Shown here piece after piece: positions 1-9,783 of a DNA stretch of 64,000 bases (positions within the stretch are counted from its first letter, which is position 1; each line of letters begins with the position of its first letter). This DNA is from an uncultured bacterium (GTDB lineage: Bacteria > Hydrothermota > UBA3072 > B12-G15): contig CAZQRW010000003.1 in assembly GCA_964596115.1 (NCBI GenBank), positions 5,883 to 69,882 on the forward strand. The letters run 5' to 3'. The notes under the pieces were generated by a model. That model ran no database searches. It worked only from the letters and a program-made list of their open reading frames with translations, and was not told the DNA's origin. Both the position numbers and the translations under genes were made by a program.

Positions 1-299
1 TGTATGCGATAAAGGCTCATCCGGGGCATGTCCCTTTAAAATCAAAGCTTGATATAGCATTATACAGCAGTGACCCTCTATCTGGGCTTATTGTTGCTTC
101 TGCACTAATGCATCCATCTAAAAAACTTTCAGGGATTGATACATCTTTTATAATGAGGAGGTTTAAGGAGAAGAGGTTTGCAGCTGGAGCAAATAGAGAA
201 CAAATAAAGGAATGTGAAAAGCTGGGCATTTCGCTCGAGAAATTTATTGAGATATGTCTTGAAGGAATGAAGGAGGTAAGTGATGAACTTGGTCTTTAG
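1..299 (+). CDS. HD-domain phosphohydrolase-like protein, C-terminal fragment (5' end lies outside the window)
   Basis: Frame 3 is open from position 3 to the stop at 299. The tail ...HPGHVPLKSKLDIALYSSDPLSGLIVASALMHPSKKLSGIDTSFIMRRFKEKRFAAGANREQIKECEKLGISLEKFIEI resembles the C-terminus of HD/HDIG-type hydrolases. Truncated by the window edge. Confidence 0.4.
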   Translation, partial: YAIKAHPGHVPLKSKLDIALYSSDPLSGLIVASALMHPSKKLSGIDTSFIMRRFKEKRFAAGANREQIKECEKLGISLEKFIEICLEGMKEVSDELGL

Positions 300-600
300 T
301 GTATTAGTGCTCTTTTCTTTTATGAATCCAAAAAATGATAAGTGGATAGCAAAGGACAAGGGACTCCATATTATACATTCTGCCTGTGCAGTTGGATTGA
401 CTTATCATGTTTATCATTGCGAATTGAATAATAACTATAGCGGTGCTATAAAATTTTCTGTATCCCTTACAGGGCTTGCAGGAATAACAAAGGAAATTTT
501 TGATTCAAAGAAAAAACCATCTAGTTCGAGCTGGAGAGATCTTGTTGCAGATGCAATAGGTATTGGATTAGGTGTTCTATTATTTTGCAGGGGAGGATAA
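280..600 (+). CDS. small lipoprotein-like protein (DUF2279/YfiM-like)
   Basis: 106 aa with a hydrophobic N-terminus. It carries DKxxH, KExxDS and a SWRDLVADAIG..G motif pattern typical of DUF2279 periplasmic lipoproteins. Identified by pattern memory only. Confidence 0.35.
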   Translation: MMNLVFSVLVLFSFMNPKNDKWIAKDKGLHIIHSACAVGLTYHVYHCELNNNYSGAIKFSVSLTGLAGITKEIFDSKKKPSSSSWRDLVADAIGIGLGVLLFCRGG

Positions 601-603
601 GAA

Positions 604-1554
604 ATGAAGAAAGTTTTTCTCACCTTTCCCTTTCCAGAGGATTGGATAGACGAACTAAGGGAAAATGTTCAGGTGTATATGAATCCTGATAAGAGAATGC
701 TTAGCGAAGAAGAGCTTATGGAGAATTTTAAAGAAAAGGATGGTGTCATTACACTCCTTAGTGATAAGATTACGAAAAAAGTTATTGGAAGTGCTAACAG
801 GCTTAAAGTGATTTCCAATTATGCGGTTGGTTATGATAATATTGACATTGGATTTGCAAAAGAAAGAGGTATTGCGGTTACAAATACACCAGATGTGCTT
901 ACGAATGCCACTGCTGAGCTTACTATTTCTCTTATATTTGCAGTGGCAAGAAGAATAGTAGAAGCAGATAGGTTTACGAGGGAGGGTAGATTTGAAGGGT
1001 GGCAGCCTACATTACTTTTAGGAAAAGAAATAAAAGATTCGATTCTTGGCATCTTGGGGGCGGGAAGGATTGGTATTGCTGTAGCTAAGAAGGCTTATTC
1101 TCTTGGAATGAATGTAATTTATTACTCAAGAAAAGAGAAAGATGAGATGAAAGCATTAAACGCAAAATTCGTATCACTTGACTACCTGCTGAAAACTGCT
1201 GATTTTATTTCTCTTCATCTCCCTTTGACAGAAGAAACCTATCATGTTATTGGTGAAAAAGAGTTTAAGATAATGAAACAAGATTCAATTATTGTAAATA
1301 CTGGAAGGGGCGCACTTATTGATGAGGCCTCTTTGGCAGAGGCGTTGTTAAATAATAAAATAGGGGGAGCTGGTATTGATGTGTATGAGTTTGAACCAGG
1401 CGTTACTACAACCCTCTTAAAACTCCAAAATGTAATTCTTACGCCTCATATTGGAAGTGCCACATACAGAGCCAGGAGAATGATGGCAAAAATAGCGGTG
1501 AAGAATGTGCTTTTAGTTCTTAATGGGCAGGAACCTCTCTACAGAGTAGTATGA
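604..1554 (+). CDS. D-isomer-specific 2-hydroxyacid dehydrogenase (glyoxylate/hydroxypyruvate reductase family)
   Basis: 316 aa with the NAD-binding motif GILGAGRIGIAVAKKA and the catalytic region typical of this family. The RBS GGGAGGA lies just upstream of the ATG. Confidence 0.85.
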   Translation: MKKVFLTFPFPEDWIDELRENVQVYMNPDKRMLSEEELMENFKEKDGVITLLSDKITKKVIGSANRLKVISNYAVGYDNIDIGFAKERGIAVTNTPDVLTNATAELTISLIFAVARRIVEADRFTREGRFEGWQPTLLLGKEIKDSILGILGAGRIGIAVAKKAYSLGMNVIYYSRKEKDEMKALNAKFVSLDYLLKTADFISLHLPLTEETYHVIGEKEFKIMKQDSIIVNTGRGALIDEASLAEALLNNKIGGAGIDVYEFEPGVTTTLLKLQNVILTPHIGSATYRARRMMAKIAVKNVLLVLNGQEPLYRVV

Positions 1555-3308
1555 AAATTCCTGGTAAGATACCCCAATTACCAGGGGTATATATTTTTTT
1601 AAATCAGGATAAGAGTCCAATATATATTGGGAAGGCAAAAGACTTAAAGAAAAGAGTTGAGTCTCATTTCAGGAGTGATGCCCCTATAAAGTCTCAAATT
1701 GTAGTTAGAAATGCTGTCTCCATCGAATTTATAATTACTGAAAACGAAGAAGAAGCTTTACTTCTTGAAGATACATTAATAAAAAAGTACATACCTCGTT
1801 ATAATATAAGATTAAAGGATGATAAGAAATACCCATATATAAAGGTTACGATAAATGAGGATTATCCGAGGGTTTTTTATACCCGGAAGGTAGTAAAGGA
1901 TGGTTCAATATATTTTGGGCCATATACAAATGTGAAGTCAATTAAAAAATCGCTTCTTATACTAAATAGGATATTTCCATTGCGAAGATGCAGGACAAAA
2001 AAGCTCCCTGATAAAGTATGCCTTGATTATTATATTGGAAGGTGTTTAGGCCCCTGTGAAAATAAAATTACTAAGGAGGAATATAAAAATTTAGTAGAGG
2101 GTGCAATTGAGTTTCTTAAGGGTGATATAGATAAAGTTCAAACAAAAGTAGAAAAGATAATGTGGGCTTATGCAGAGAAAGAGGATTTTGAAAATGCTGC
2201 AAGAATGAGAAATCAGTTAATGGCTATAAGAGAGATTACCAAAAAACAGACTATGGTAACGGATCTCAAGGAAGATATTGATATTATTGGTCTTTACAGG
2301 GAATTGTCTTCTATCTGTATTTTTATATTTCAGTTGAGAAATGGTAGAATTATTGGGAAGGCACATTATTTTATTGAATCCAGTAAGGGAGATTCGGAAA
2401 GAGAAATCATTAGATATGCGCTTTTGAAACTTTATAATGATATTTTCTTTAAGCCCCAAAAGATTGTAGTGCCCATTATGCCATATGATCGAACATTGCT
2501 TGAAAAAGTACTTGGAACAAAAATAGTCACATCGAAGGGAGGTAAATTAAATAGAATAGTCAAACTTGCGGAGAAAAATGCATATGTTGAGTTTGAATCA
2601 AAAAAAATAGAGATAAAAAGGTCAGTACCTTACTTCTTAAAAGAACTGCAGAAATTAGTTCATCTAAAAAAACCACCAAGAAGAATTGAGGGTTTTGATA
2701 TATCAGATCTTTTTGGTAAAGATGCAGTAGGCTCCTGTGTAGTATTTATTAATGGGAAACCTAAAAAATCAGAATACAGGAGGTTTAAAATAAAGAGTGT
2801 AACAGGCATTAATGATTTTGCAATGATAGCTGAGGTTGTCTCCCGGAGGATTAATGTATTAATTAGAGAGGAGAAAGAGTTCCCAGATTTGATTTTGCTG
2901 GATGGTGGAAAAGGGCAATTAAACACAGTGCTAAATATAATGAAAGAAATTAACGTTGGTATACCAGTGTTGGGGCTTGCAAAGAGATTGGAGGAAATAT
3001 ATCTTCCTGACGGGAGAGTTGTTTCTCTGCCTGGAAATTCAAGTGTATTAAAGTTGTTGCAGAGAATAAGGGATGAAGCACACAGATTTGCAATTTCTTA
3101 TCATAAAAAACTAAGGTCAAAAAAATTAACCAAGTCAAAATTAGACAAAATACAAGGTATAGGAGAAAAGAGAAAACAATCACTTATATTATTCTTTGGA
3201 TCTGAAAAAAAAGTGGAAGAGGCATCTATAGAAGAGCTGATGAGAGTCAAGGGCATTGGCAAGAATGTAGCCAAAGTTATATATGAAAAATTTCACAAAC
3301 TCTATTGA
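1551..3308 (+). CDS. uvrC: excinuclease ABC subunit C
   Basis: 585 aa. N-terminal GIY-YIG motif (GVYIFLNQDKSPIYIGKAKDLKKRV), UvrBC-interaction region, and C-terminal RNaseH-like/HhH region (GIGEKRKQSL...). Overlaps the upstream gene by 4 nt. Confidence 0.95.
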   Translation: MKIPGKIPQLPGVYIFLNQDKSPIYIGKAKDLKKRVESHFRSDAPIKSQIVVRNAVSIEFIITENEEEALLLEDTLIKKYIPRYNIRLKDDKKYPYIKVTINEDYPRVFYTRKVVKDGSIYFGPYTNVKSIKKSLLILNRIFPLRRCRTKKLPDKVCLDYYIGRCLGPCENKITKEEYKNLVEGAIEFLKGDIDKVQTKVEKIMWAYAEKEDFENAARMRNQLMAIREITKKQTMVTDLKEDIDIIGLYRELSSICIFIFQLRNGRIIGKAHYFIESSKGDSEREIIRYALLKLYNDIFFKPQKIVVPIMPYDRTLLEKVLGTKIVTSKGGKLNRIVKLAEKNAYVEFESKKIEIKRSVPYFLKELQKLVHLKKPPRRIEGFDISDLFGKDAVGSCVVFINGKPKKSEYRRFKIKSVTGINDFAMIAEVVSRRINVLIREEKEFPDLILLDGGKGQLNTVLNIMKEINVGIPVLGLAKRLEEIYLPDGRVVSLPGNSSVLKLLQRIRDEAHRFAISYHKKLRSKKLTKSKLDKIQGIGEKRKQSLILFFGSEKKVEEASIEELMRVKGIGKNVAKVIYEKFHKLY

Positions 3309-3332
3309 ATAATTCTAAAATTTTGCTATAAT
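3305..3332 (+). promoter_or_regulatory. sigma70-like promoter (TTGAAT-16-TATAAT) for the paaI-like/ferritin-like/rex operon
   Basis: -35 TTGAAT at 3305-3310, a 16-nt spacer, and a perfect TATAAT at 3327-3332, located 7 nt upstream of the ATG at 3339. Confidence 0.4.
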
Positions 3333-3338
3333 ACTTGT

Positions 3339-3743
3339 ATGAATTTTATTAGTGATGATAACTATTGTGTTATGTGTGGAAAACTAAATCCAGTGGGTTT
3401 AAGGTTAGAGTTCAGACTTAACAATGGAGAATCTGAGGCTGATGTCATTTTCCCAAAATATTTTGAAGGGTATAATGGCATAACCCACGGTGGAATTGTT
3501 TCTTCTGTATTAGATGAAGCTTCTGTTTATGCTGCTACATCTATTGGGGAGGTTTGTGTTACAGGTGAATTGAAAGTTAGGTTCAAAAGACCTGTAAAGA
3601 CTAACGCTCCTTACGTAATTAAGGGTAAGATAATCGAAAGAAGAGGTAAGATAATATTAACAAAATCAAAGATAGTGGATAATGATGGTAACATTTATGC
3701 ATATGCAAATGCCAAGTTGTTTTCAGTAAAGGAGGACAGTTAG
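3339..3743 (+). CDS. PaaI-family hotdog-fold thioesterase
   Basis: 134 aa. N-terminal zinc-ribbon-like CVMCG, followed by the hotdog signature GITHGGIVSSVLDEASVYAA. Confidence 0.7.
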   Translation: MNFISDDNYCVMCGKLNPVGLRLEFRLNNGESEADVIFPKYFEGYNGITHGGIVSSVLDEASVYAATSIGEVCVTGELKVRFKRPVKTNAPYVIKGKIIERRGKIILTKSKIVDNDGNIYAYANAKLFSVKEDS

Positions 3744-4250
3744 ATGAAAAATGTGGTAGATCTATTAGAGCTGGCTTTAAAGGGGGAGAAAGAAAGCCTT
3801 TTGACCTATTTAAAATATGCGAGATCAACCAAGAATATCAGTGGTAAGAATATGTTTATCAGACTTGCTATTGATGAATATAACCATGCCGAGTTTATAC
3901 AGATGGAACTTAAATGTTATTATGAGAATGGTAAGACGATAGATGGAAAAATAGAAAAATCAGAGATTGAATTTATTATTCCACATTTAAAGAAAAGTAT
4001 TGTTGAGGGAAGGGGAGTGAAAGGAGTTACCGATCTCGATGCATTAAGAACTGCCCTCGATCTTGAACAAGCAGCCATTGACCTGTATAAAAAAATATAT
4101 GAAAAAGCGGAAGAAGAAAAGGTGAAAAAAATTGCTCAACGGTTAATGAAAATGGAAGAGGCTCATTTCGAATTAATACAAGCAGAAATTGATAATATAA
4201 AAAGAACCGGTTATTGGTTCGATTTCTCGGAGATAAATCTTGAACGATAG
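3744..4250 (+). CDS. ferritin-like/rubrerythrin-like diiron domain protein
   Basis: 168 aa with two ExxH motifs (DEYNHAEF and MEEAHFEL), spaced as in ferritin-like four-helix diiron proteins. Confidence 0.5.
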   Translation: MKNVVDLLELALKGEKESLLTYLKYARSTKNISGKNMFIRLAIDEYNHAEFIQMELKCYYENGKTIDGKIEKSEIEFIIPHLKKSIVEGRGVKGVTDLDALRTALDLEQAAIDLYKKIYEKAEEEKVKKIAQRLMKMEEAHFELIQAEIDNIKRTGYWFDFSEINLER

Positions 4251-4875
4251 ATTACCCCCACCAACTGTAAAAAGGTTTTCACTATACCTTCATACACTTG
4301 AAGCATTGGATAAAAAGGGAATTACGCATATTTCCTCTGTAGGTATGTCAGAATTACTTGAGATTCCAGATACCCAGATAAGAAAGGATTTAAGTTTTAT
4401 CGGGAAAACTGGTAAAAGGGGAAAGGGTTATCCTGTTGCAGAACTTATGTCTATCCTGAGGGAGATACTCTTTTTAAAATCTTTTATACCTGTTATTCTT
4501 GTGGGAGTTGGAAATCTTGGTACTGCTTTACTTGCCTCTAAGTTGTTGAGAAAAAGGGGATTTCGGATCGTAGGTGCATTTGACTCCGATCTTAGAAAGA
4601 TTGGCAAAAGGCTTTGTTACATAAGTATAATGGATGATTCAGAAATACCCAATATTGTAAAAGAATATAACGTTAAAATAGCTGTACTGACAACCCCTGG
4701 TGAGATTGCACAGTCTGTGGCAGACAATCTGTGCAAGGCAGGAATAAAAGGTATATTGAATTTTACCCCTGAAAATCTTAATGTGCCATCAGATGTAAAG
4801 GTACACAATGTTGATTATACCACCGAGCTTGAATTCTTAAACTACCTTGTATATAGCGAGGAAAAAGAGAGTTAA
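4240..4875 (+). CDS. rex: redox-sensing transcriptional repressor Rex
   Basis: 211 aa. N-terminal winged-helix region (RFSLYLHTLEALDKKGITHISSVGMSELLEI...) and a Rossmann NADH-binding region (ILVGVGNLGTALL). Confidence 0.9.
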   Translation: MNDRLPPPTVKRFSLYLHTLEALDKKGITHISSVGMSELLEIPDTQIRKDLSFIGKTGKRGKGYPVAELMSILREILFLKSFIPVILVGVGNLGTALLASKLLRKRGFRIVGAFDSDLRKIGKRLCYISIMDDSEIPNIVKEYNVKIAVLTTPGEIAQSVADNLCKAGIKGILNFTPENLNVPSDVKVHNVDYTTELEFLNYLVYSEEKES

Positions 4876-4937
4876 CGGGTTCATTTTAAGGGATTTTCAA
4901 ATTTCTATGATTATATGAAAGTTTTTTTTAAGATTTA

Positions 4938-6107
4938 CTAAGTCTTATGACCTTCCTCCTTTATGATACATAGAAGCAAGATAGATGCGAGACCTGCCAA
5001 ACTTGCACCATATTCAAAAGCCGCAGTTGGGCTTATTTTTTGCCAGATAATACCAAAAATTACACTTGCGGGGAAAGATGCTATACCAACTGCAAGATGA
5101 TAGAATCCAAACGCAGTTCCATGAAATTCGGGTACCACAAGATCACTTACGAAGGCTTTTTCAACTCCCTCAGTAAATCCAAAATAGATACCATATAAAG
5201 CAAATAATAACCAGATATGCCATATATTTTTGGAGAAACCAAATCCCAGGTAGATTAATGCATAAATGAGCCAGCCAAGCACAATAACTCTTCTCCTCCC
5301 GATTTTATCTGACCATATACCACCTGGCATAGAGGTAGCCATTTTAACAGTATGAAGGACGACCCAGAGGAGGGGTATTAGTGCAATCGTAATACCTACT
5401 TCCTTTGCTTTTAGTATCAAAAATGCATCAGAAGAATTCCCCAGAGTGAATAACACTATGACAAGCAGATAGTTTTTGAAATTTTTAGAGAGGACTGAAA
5501 ATCTAAACTCTCTCTTTTCTAATTTAGAGATTATCTTTTTTTCCTTTACAAGTGAAAGGAGAATAATAACTGTGATTATTCCCGGAAGGAAAGCCCATAG
5601 GAAAATGTTTCTGAGACTCATACCAAATTTCAGAAGCAACATAGCGATTATTGGTCCAAAAATTGCACCTGAATGGTCCATTGCCCTATGGAATCCAAAT
5701 GCCTTACCTCTTATGTTTTCTGGTGTGGAATGCGAAATCAGCGCATCCCTGGGAGAAGTTCTTATGCCCTTACCCAATCTATCTATAAATCGTATTATTG
5801 CTACCTGCCACCAGTATCTTGTAAGCGCTATAATAGGTCTTCCAAAACCAGCAAGGCAATACCCGATTACCACAAGAAATTTTCTTCTTCTTAATCGATC
5901 GGAGATCCAGCCAGTAAATAATTTTAGCAAACTCGCTGTTGTCTCTGCTATACCCTCTATTATGCCCAATACCTCTGCCCCGACACCGAGCACACTTGTA
6001 AGGAATATTGGAAGAAGCGGATAAATCATCTCGCTTGCAGTATCATTAAAGAGGCTTACAAATCCAAGCGCCTTAACATTTCCTGGTATGTCCTTTAGAA
6101 ATTTCAT
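4938..6107 (-). CDS. MFS transporter
   Basis: 389 aa with about 12 predicted TM helices and MFS-type loop motifs (GWISDRLRRRK; GIWSDKIGRRR). Confidence 0.8.
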   Translation of the reverse strand: MKFLKDIPGNVKALGFVSLFNDTASEMIYPLLPIFLTSVLGVGAEVLGIIEGIAETTASLLKLFTGWISDRLRRRKFLVVIGYCLAGFGRPIIALTRYWWQVAIIRFIDRLGKGIRTSPRDALISHSTPENIRGKAFGFHRAMDHSGAIFGPIIAMLLLKFGMSLRNIFLWAFLPGIITVIILLSLVKEKKIISKLEKREFRFSVLSKNFKNYLLVIVLFTLGNSSDAFLILKAKEVGITIALIPLLWVVLHTVKMATSMPGGIWSDKIGRRRVIVLGWLIYALIYLGFGFSKNIWHIWLLFALYGIYFGFTEGVEKAFVSDLVVPEFHGTAFGFYHLAVGIASFPASVIFGIIWQKISPTAAFEYGASLAGLASILLLCIIKEEGHKT

Positions 6108-6108
6108 T

Positions 6109-6753
6109 TTAGACTTTTTTTGAGATTGATAGTCTTAAAAATTTATAAAAAATCTTTTCTTCCATTTCGGTAAACCCATTTTCAGCAAGCATCTTCTTAA
6201 GTTTTCTATTTATAAAATCTTCAGCTAACGGGCATTCAACCTTTCTAACAAGATACTTTACAAAAAATGGGGAATAATCTATGTCAAAATTATTATAATC
6301 AAAAATATAAAAATATCCTTCGGGTTTTAGAGCCCTTAAGGCATTTACCAAAATTTTGATTCTATTTTCCTGAGTGAAACCATGAAGAACAAAAGAAATA
6401 AACACCTTATCAAATTCCTCTTTAAAGGGAAGTGGGTTTTCGATTCTGTAAGGTAAAAGATCAATTTTTTTACAAAGGTTTTTTCTTTTCAAGAATTGTC
6501 TTTGCATCTCTTTACTGATTTCAAGACCAATTACCTTTCCTGTGCTTAGGTATTTTGACATTATACAGGCATTTTTTCCAGTACCTGCCCCAAGATCGAG
6601 AATTTTATCATCCGGTTTTATACGCATATATGCTATAACTTTATTGATAAGTTTGGTGTATTTACCTAGGGATAGAAAATCCAGCATTCTATCATAGATC
6701 TTTGCCTCAAAATCGCCTATTTCAACAAAAGGCTTTGTATTCTTTTCATCCAT
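6109..6753 (-). CDS. class I SAM-dependent methyltransferase
   Basis: 214 aa with SAM-binding motif I (ILDLGAGTGKNA) and a downstream acidic motif. Abuts the MFS gene. Confidence 0.8.
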   Translation of the reverse strand: MDEKNTKPFVEIGDFEAKIYDRMLDFLSLGKYTKLINKVIAYMRIKPDDKILDLGAGTGKNACIMSKYLSTGKVIGLEISKEMQRQFLKRKNLCKKIDLLPYRIENPLPFKEEFDKVFISFVLHGFTQENRIKILVNALRALKPEGYFYIFDYNNFDIDYSPFFVKYLVRKVECPLAEDFINRKLKKMLAENGFTEMEEKIFYKFLRLSISKKV

Positions 6754-7094
6754 TAAATGATTATATACGTAAAAAAGAATTTTTCAATACACCTCTTGGT
6801 GTCAGTCTCTAAATTTTAAATTTTACTAAAGACATAAAGGCGGGTAATATAGTCAAAATGTAGTCAAGACGCAAAGGAGGATATAAAAGGCAGGATACAG
6901 GAGACAGAATATAGCAAAGACAAACGACGAGACATAAATCTCATCTTTCTGGTTAGTAAATTTTTTTCTTTTTGGGTTCTTAAACAGACAGAGTAGAAGA
7001 AATATAGAAAGAAAAACGAGTAGGAGAAAAATAGAAAAAGAGTAAGGCAGAGAACGATATGATATAAAATATAAAGAATAGGAAATGAAAAACC

Positions 7095-7122
7095 TTTACA
7101 CAATTTGATTTTTGTATATAAT
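7095..7122 (+). promoter_or_regulatory. sigma70-like promoter (TTTACA-16-TATAAT) for the M14 peptidase gene
   Basis: -35 TTTACA at 7095-7100, a 16-nt spacer, and a perfect TATAAT at 7117-7122. The RBS AAGGAGGAAGG at 7131-7140 and the GTG start at 7142 lie downstream. The ATG at 7112 used by the ORF track sits inside the -10 box, so it is unlikely to be the true start. Confidence 0.5.
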
Positions 7123-7141
7123 CTGTAAAAAGGAGGAAGGT

Positions 7142-9676
7142 GTGAGACAATTATTTACGTTCTTTTTATCATTATCTATTGTTTTGTTTCCCAAGTATAG
7201 TCAGGTAAGAGTTTATACAACTAATTACAATGCAGTAAAGGATATGGATATTGTAAGAACAAAGAGGGATGTTTTTTTTGAAATTATTGCAAATGATAAT
7301 GACCTTTCAAAACTTGATAAAAGAGGACTTAAATTTGAGGTTATCATCCCTGACCTTGAATCTTATTATAGTTCTAAAATGAGTGGGAAGGGAACATTCG
7401 GAAATTATTATACCTATAGTGAGGCAATTGCAATTCTTGATTCACTTCATAATGCCCACCCTGATATATCAACGTCTTTGTTTTCTATTGGGACGTCATG
7501 GGATGGTAATGATATGTGGGTTATGAAGATATCGGATAATCCTAATTTAGATGAAGATGAACCAGAGGTTTTTGCAGATGGGGTAATCCATGCCAGGGAG
7601 CCCATAGGAGCAAATATAATCGTTGAGACGGTCAGGAGGATTCTTGATGGATATGGCAATGATCCGACCATTACTTATCTTGTAAATAATAGGGAAATGT
7701 ATTTTATGCCCGTATTCAATCCCGATGGTTATTTATATAATGAAAGCACCAACCCTAACGGTGGAGGTATGTGGAGGAAAAACAGGAGAAACAACGGTGG
7801 TGGTATTTATGGGGTCGATCTCAACAGAAATTTTTCATATGAATGGGGGGTTGGTAATGTATCTTCAGATCCATCATCCAATGTATATATGGGTCCTGAT
7901 TCCTTTTCTGAGCCAGAAACACAGCACTTCAGGGCGTTTGTGGATTCACATAATATATATGTATATCTAAATATTCACTCTTATTCAGATGCTATACTTG
8001 TCCCCTGGTCCTGGGACCCAAACGGGCATTGGGCTCCCGCACCCGATAGTGAAATTTTTTACGAAATGGGAACACATATGCAGGCCTTCAACAATTATGA
8101 CCTTGGCACAACGGTGCAGACGATTGGCTATAATTGTGGAGGCACCGCTACTGACTGGATGTATGGACAACAATTAGAAAAACCAAAGGTATATGCATTT
8201 GTTACAGAGGTTGGGGAGTCATTCTGGCAGGAATCGGCTATTTCGAGGCAACTTGGAGAGATGGTTCCCGCAGTGCTGTTTTTAGAAAAGACAGCGGGTG
8301 TTTTTGTAGAACCCGGAGAATTGGTCATCGATGATACACTTGGAAATGGCAATGGGAAATTTGAGGCAGGAGAGGCAGGTAATCTCAATTTTAATATTAG
8401 TAATTTGGGTTTTAAAGATACTGCTGAAAACGTTATCATTAGATTGACAACGGACGATCCTTTTATTTACTTGCATAGTGCAATTGAAGGATTTTCTTCT
8501 ATATTGCCTTATGATTCTGTACAGTGTTCTTTTCCTGTTTCGATAGATTCATCTATTCCTGATGGCCACCTAATTAATATTTTAAGAACAATCTATCTCA
8601 GCGGTATTGAAGTGTATATGGATACAATAAAGATTGCAGTGGGAAACGAGGTCGCTCTTTTTTATGATGATTTTGAGGAGGGGCCGAGTCAATGGAACTG
8701 GGATTCGCCCTGGGCCATTACAACAGAGGATTATCATTCTCCAGATCATTCTGCAACCGATAGCCCTGGTGGATCATACAGCAACTATACAGATGCCAGT
8801 ATTACCACAGTTAATTCGATATCTATACCCAATTGGGATAACATTTCCCTCTCATTTTACCACAAATACCAGATTGAGACTGGATGGGACTATGGTTATT
8901 GTTTGGTATTCAATGGTACTGAATGGGATACATTGGATAGTTTTACTGGTACAAATAATGTATGGAGAAAAAAGAGTTACTCACTTAATTCCTACTGTGG
9001 GGAGAGTATTAAGCTAAAGTTTAGATTTTATTCAGATGTCTCTGTTACCTATGATGGATGGCATATCGATGACGTTTTGGTTTCTGGATTTCAACCGGTT
9101 GGGGATAGTATTCCTTCTACCCCTACTCTGGTCTCCCCTGTTAATGACACAGTTTATACAATTTATCCTGAATTAACAGTGAATAATTCCATTGATCCGG
9201 ATAATGATACGTTGTTCTATGGATTCAGGGTGTACTCTGATTCCCTTCAGACCAATATTGTTACGAAGATCGATAGTGTACCTGAAGGTAGTTCAACTAC
9301 GAGCTGGCAGGTAAGTGTTCCCCTTACGGAGGGAATGTATTATTGGCGTGCCTATGCGAGTGACGGTATTGAAAGAAGCAGGCTTTCTAATACAGGGATG
9401 TTTTATGTCAATACTGCTGGCATTGCAGAAAGAAAGGCGGTATTTTCTATAACCAGAGGTCTCATCCAAAGAAGCATATATATAAGTACGGATAAAATGA
9501 ATAACTATGAATTTAGCCTTTATGATATTGCTGGTAGAAAAGTTCTGGATTATAGGCTAAAGGGCTCACATTATATAGACCTTAAGAATGTAGGTCTTGG
9601 AAAAGGGAATTACTTTTTCATAATAAAGTCTGGGCAACAGAAGATTAAAGGGAAGCTCGTTTATATTGGAGGGTAG
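7142..9676 (+). CDS. secreted M14-family zinc carboxypeptidase with T9SS C-terminal sorting domain
   Basis: GTG start after a strong SD, then signal peptide VRQLFTFFLSLSIVLFPKYSQV. M14 motifs are present: HAREPIG (HxxE zinc ligands), NPDGY, DLNRNF, NIHSYSD. A middle beta-sandwich-like module (WNWDSPWAITTEDYHSPDHS...WHIDDVLVSG) follows. The C-terminal ~55 aa (FSLYDIAGRKVL...GNYFFIIKSGQQKIKGKLVYIGG) match the Por/T9SS CTD pattern. Confidence 0.85.
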   Translation: MRQLFTFFLSLSIVLFPKYSQVRVYTTNYNAVKDMDIVRTKRDVFFEIIANDNDLSKLDKRGLKFEVIIPDLESYYSSKMSGKGTFGNYYTYSEAIAILDSLHNAHPDISTSLFSIGTSWDGNDMWVMKISDNPNLDEDEPEVFADGVIHAREPIGANIIVETVRRILDGYGNDPTITYLVNNREMYFMPVFNPDGYLYNESTNPNGGGMWRKNRRNNGGGIYGVDLNRNFSYEWGVGNVSSDPSSNVYMGPDSFSEPETQHFRAFVDSHNIYVYLNIHSYSDAILVPWSWDPNGHWAPAPDSEIFYEMGTHMQAFNNYDLGTTVQTIGYNCGGTATDWMYGQQLEKPKVYAFVTEVGESFWQESAISRQLGEMVPAVLFLEKTAGVFVEPGELVIDDTLGNGNGKFEAGEAGNLNFNISNLGFKDTAENVIIRLTTDDPFIYLHSAIEGFSSILPYDSVQCSFPVSIDSSIPDGHLINILRTIYLSGIEVYMDTIKIAVGNEVALFYDDFEEGPSQWNWDSPWAITTEDYHSPDHSATDSPGGSYSNYTDASITTVNSISIPNWDNISLSFYHKYQIETGWDYGYCLVFNGTEWDTLDSFTGTNNVWRKKSYSLNSYCGESIKLKFRFYSDVSVTYDGWHIDDVLVSGFQPVGDSIPSTPTLVSPVNDTVYTIYPELTVNNSIDPDNDTLFYGFRVYSDSLQTNIVTKIDSVPEGSSTTSWQVSVPLTEGMYYWRAYASDGIERSRLSNTGMFYVNTAGIAERKAVFSITRGLIQRSIYISTDKMNNYEFSLYDIAGRKVLDYRLKGSHYIDLKNVGLGKGNYFFIIKSGQQKIKGKLVYIGG

Positions 9677-9783
9677 TAGTCGAAAAAAGAGAGCGGCCCC
9701 TTGACAGATTTAAGATGGATTCCGTGACGTGATAGCCTTCTTGTTAAAAGACAGGATCGCTGATTTTTAGGTGCGTATGTCAG

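Noticed and set aside
3300-4260. Rex operator (TTGTGAA-N4-TTCACAA type) near the rex operon or elsewhere
   Set aside because: Only partial half-sites were found (for example within cmk at about 17110), and none in a promoter context. No operator is called.
6864-7103. 79-aa minus-strand ORF in the purine-rich tract
   Set aside because: Its protein is Phe/Leu/Ser low-complexity produced by the pyrimidine-rich complement. No RBS. More likely a non-coding region.
7112-7141. ATG at 7112 as the start of the M14 peptidase
   Set aside because: It lies inside the TATAAT -10 box and upstream of the SD. The GTG at 7142, after AAGGAGGAAGG, gives a proper signal peptide.
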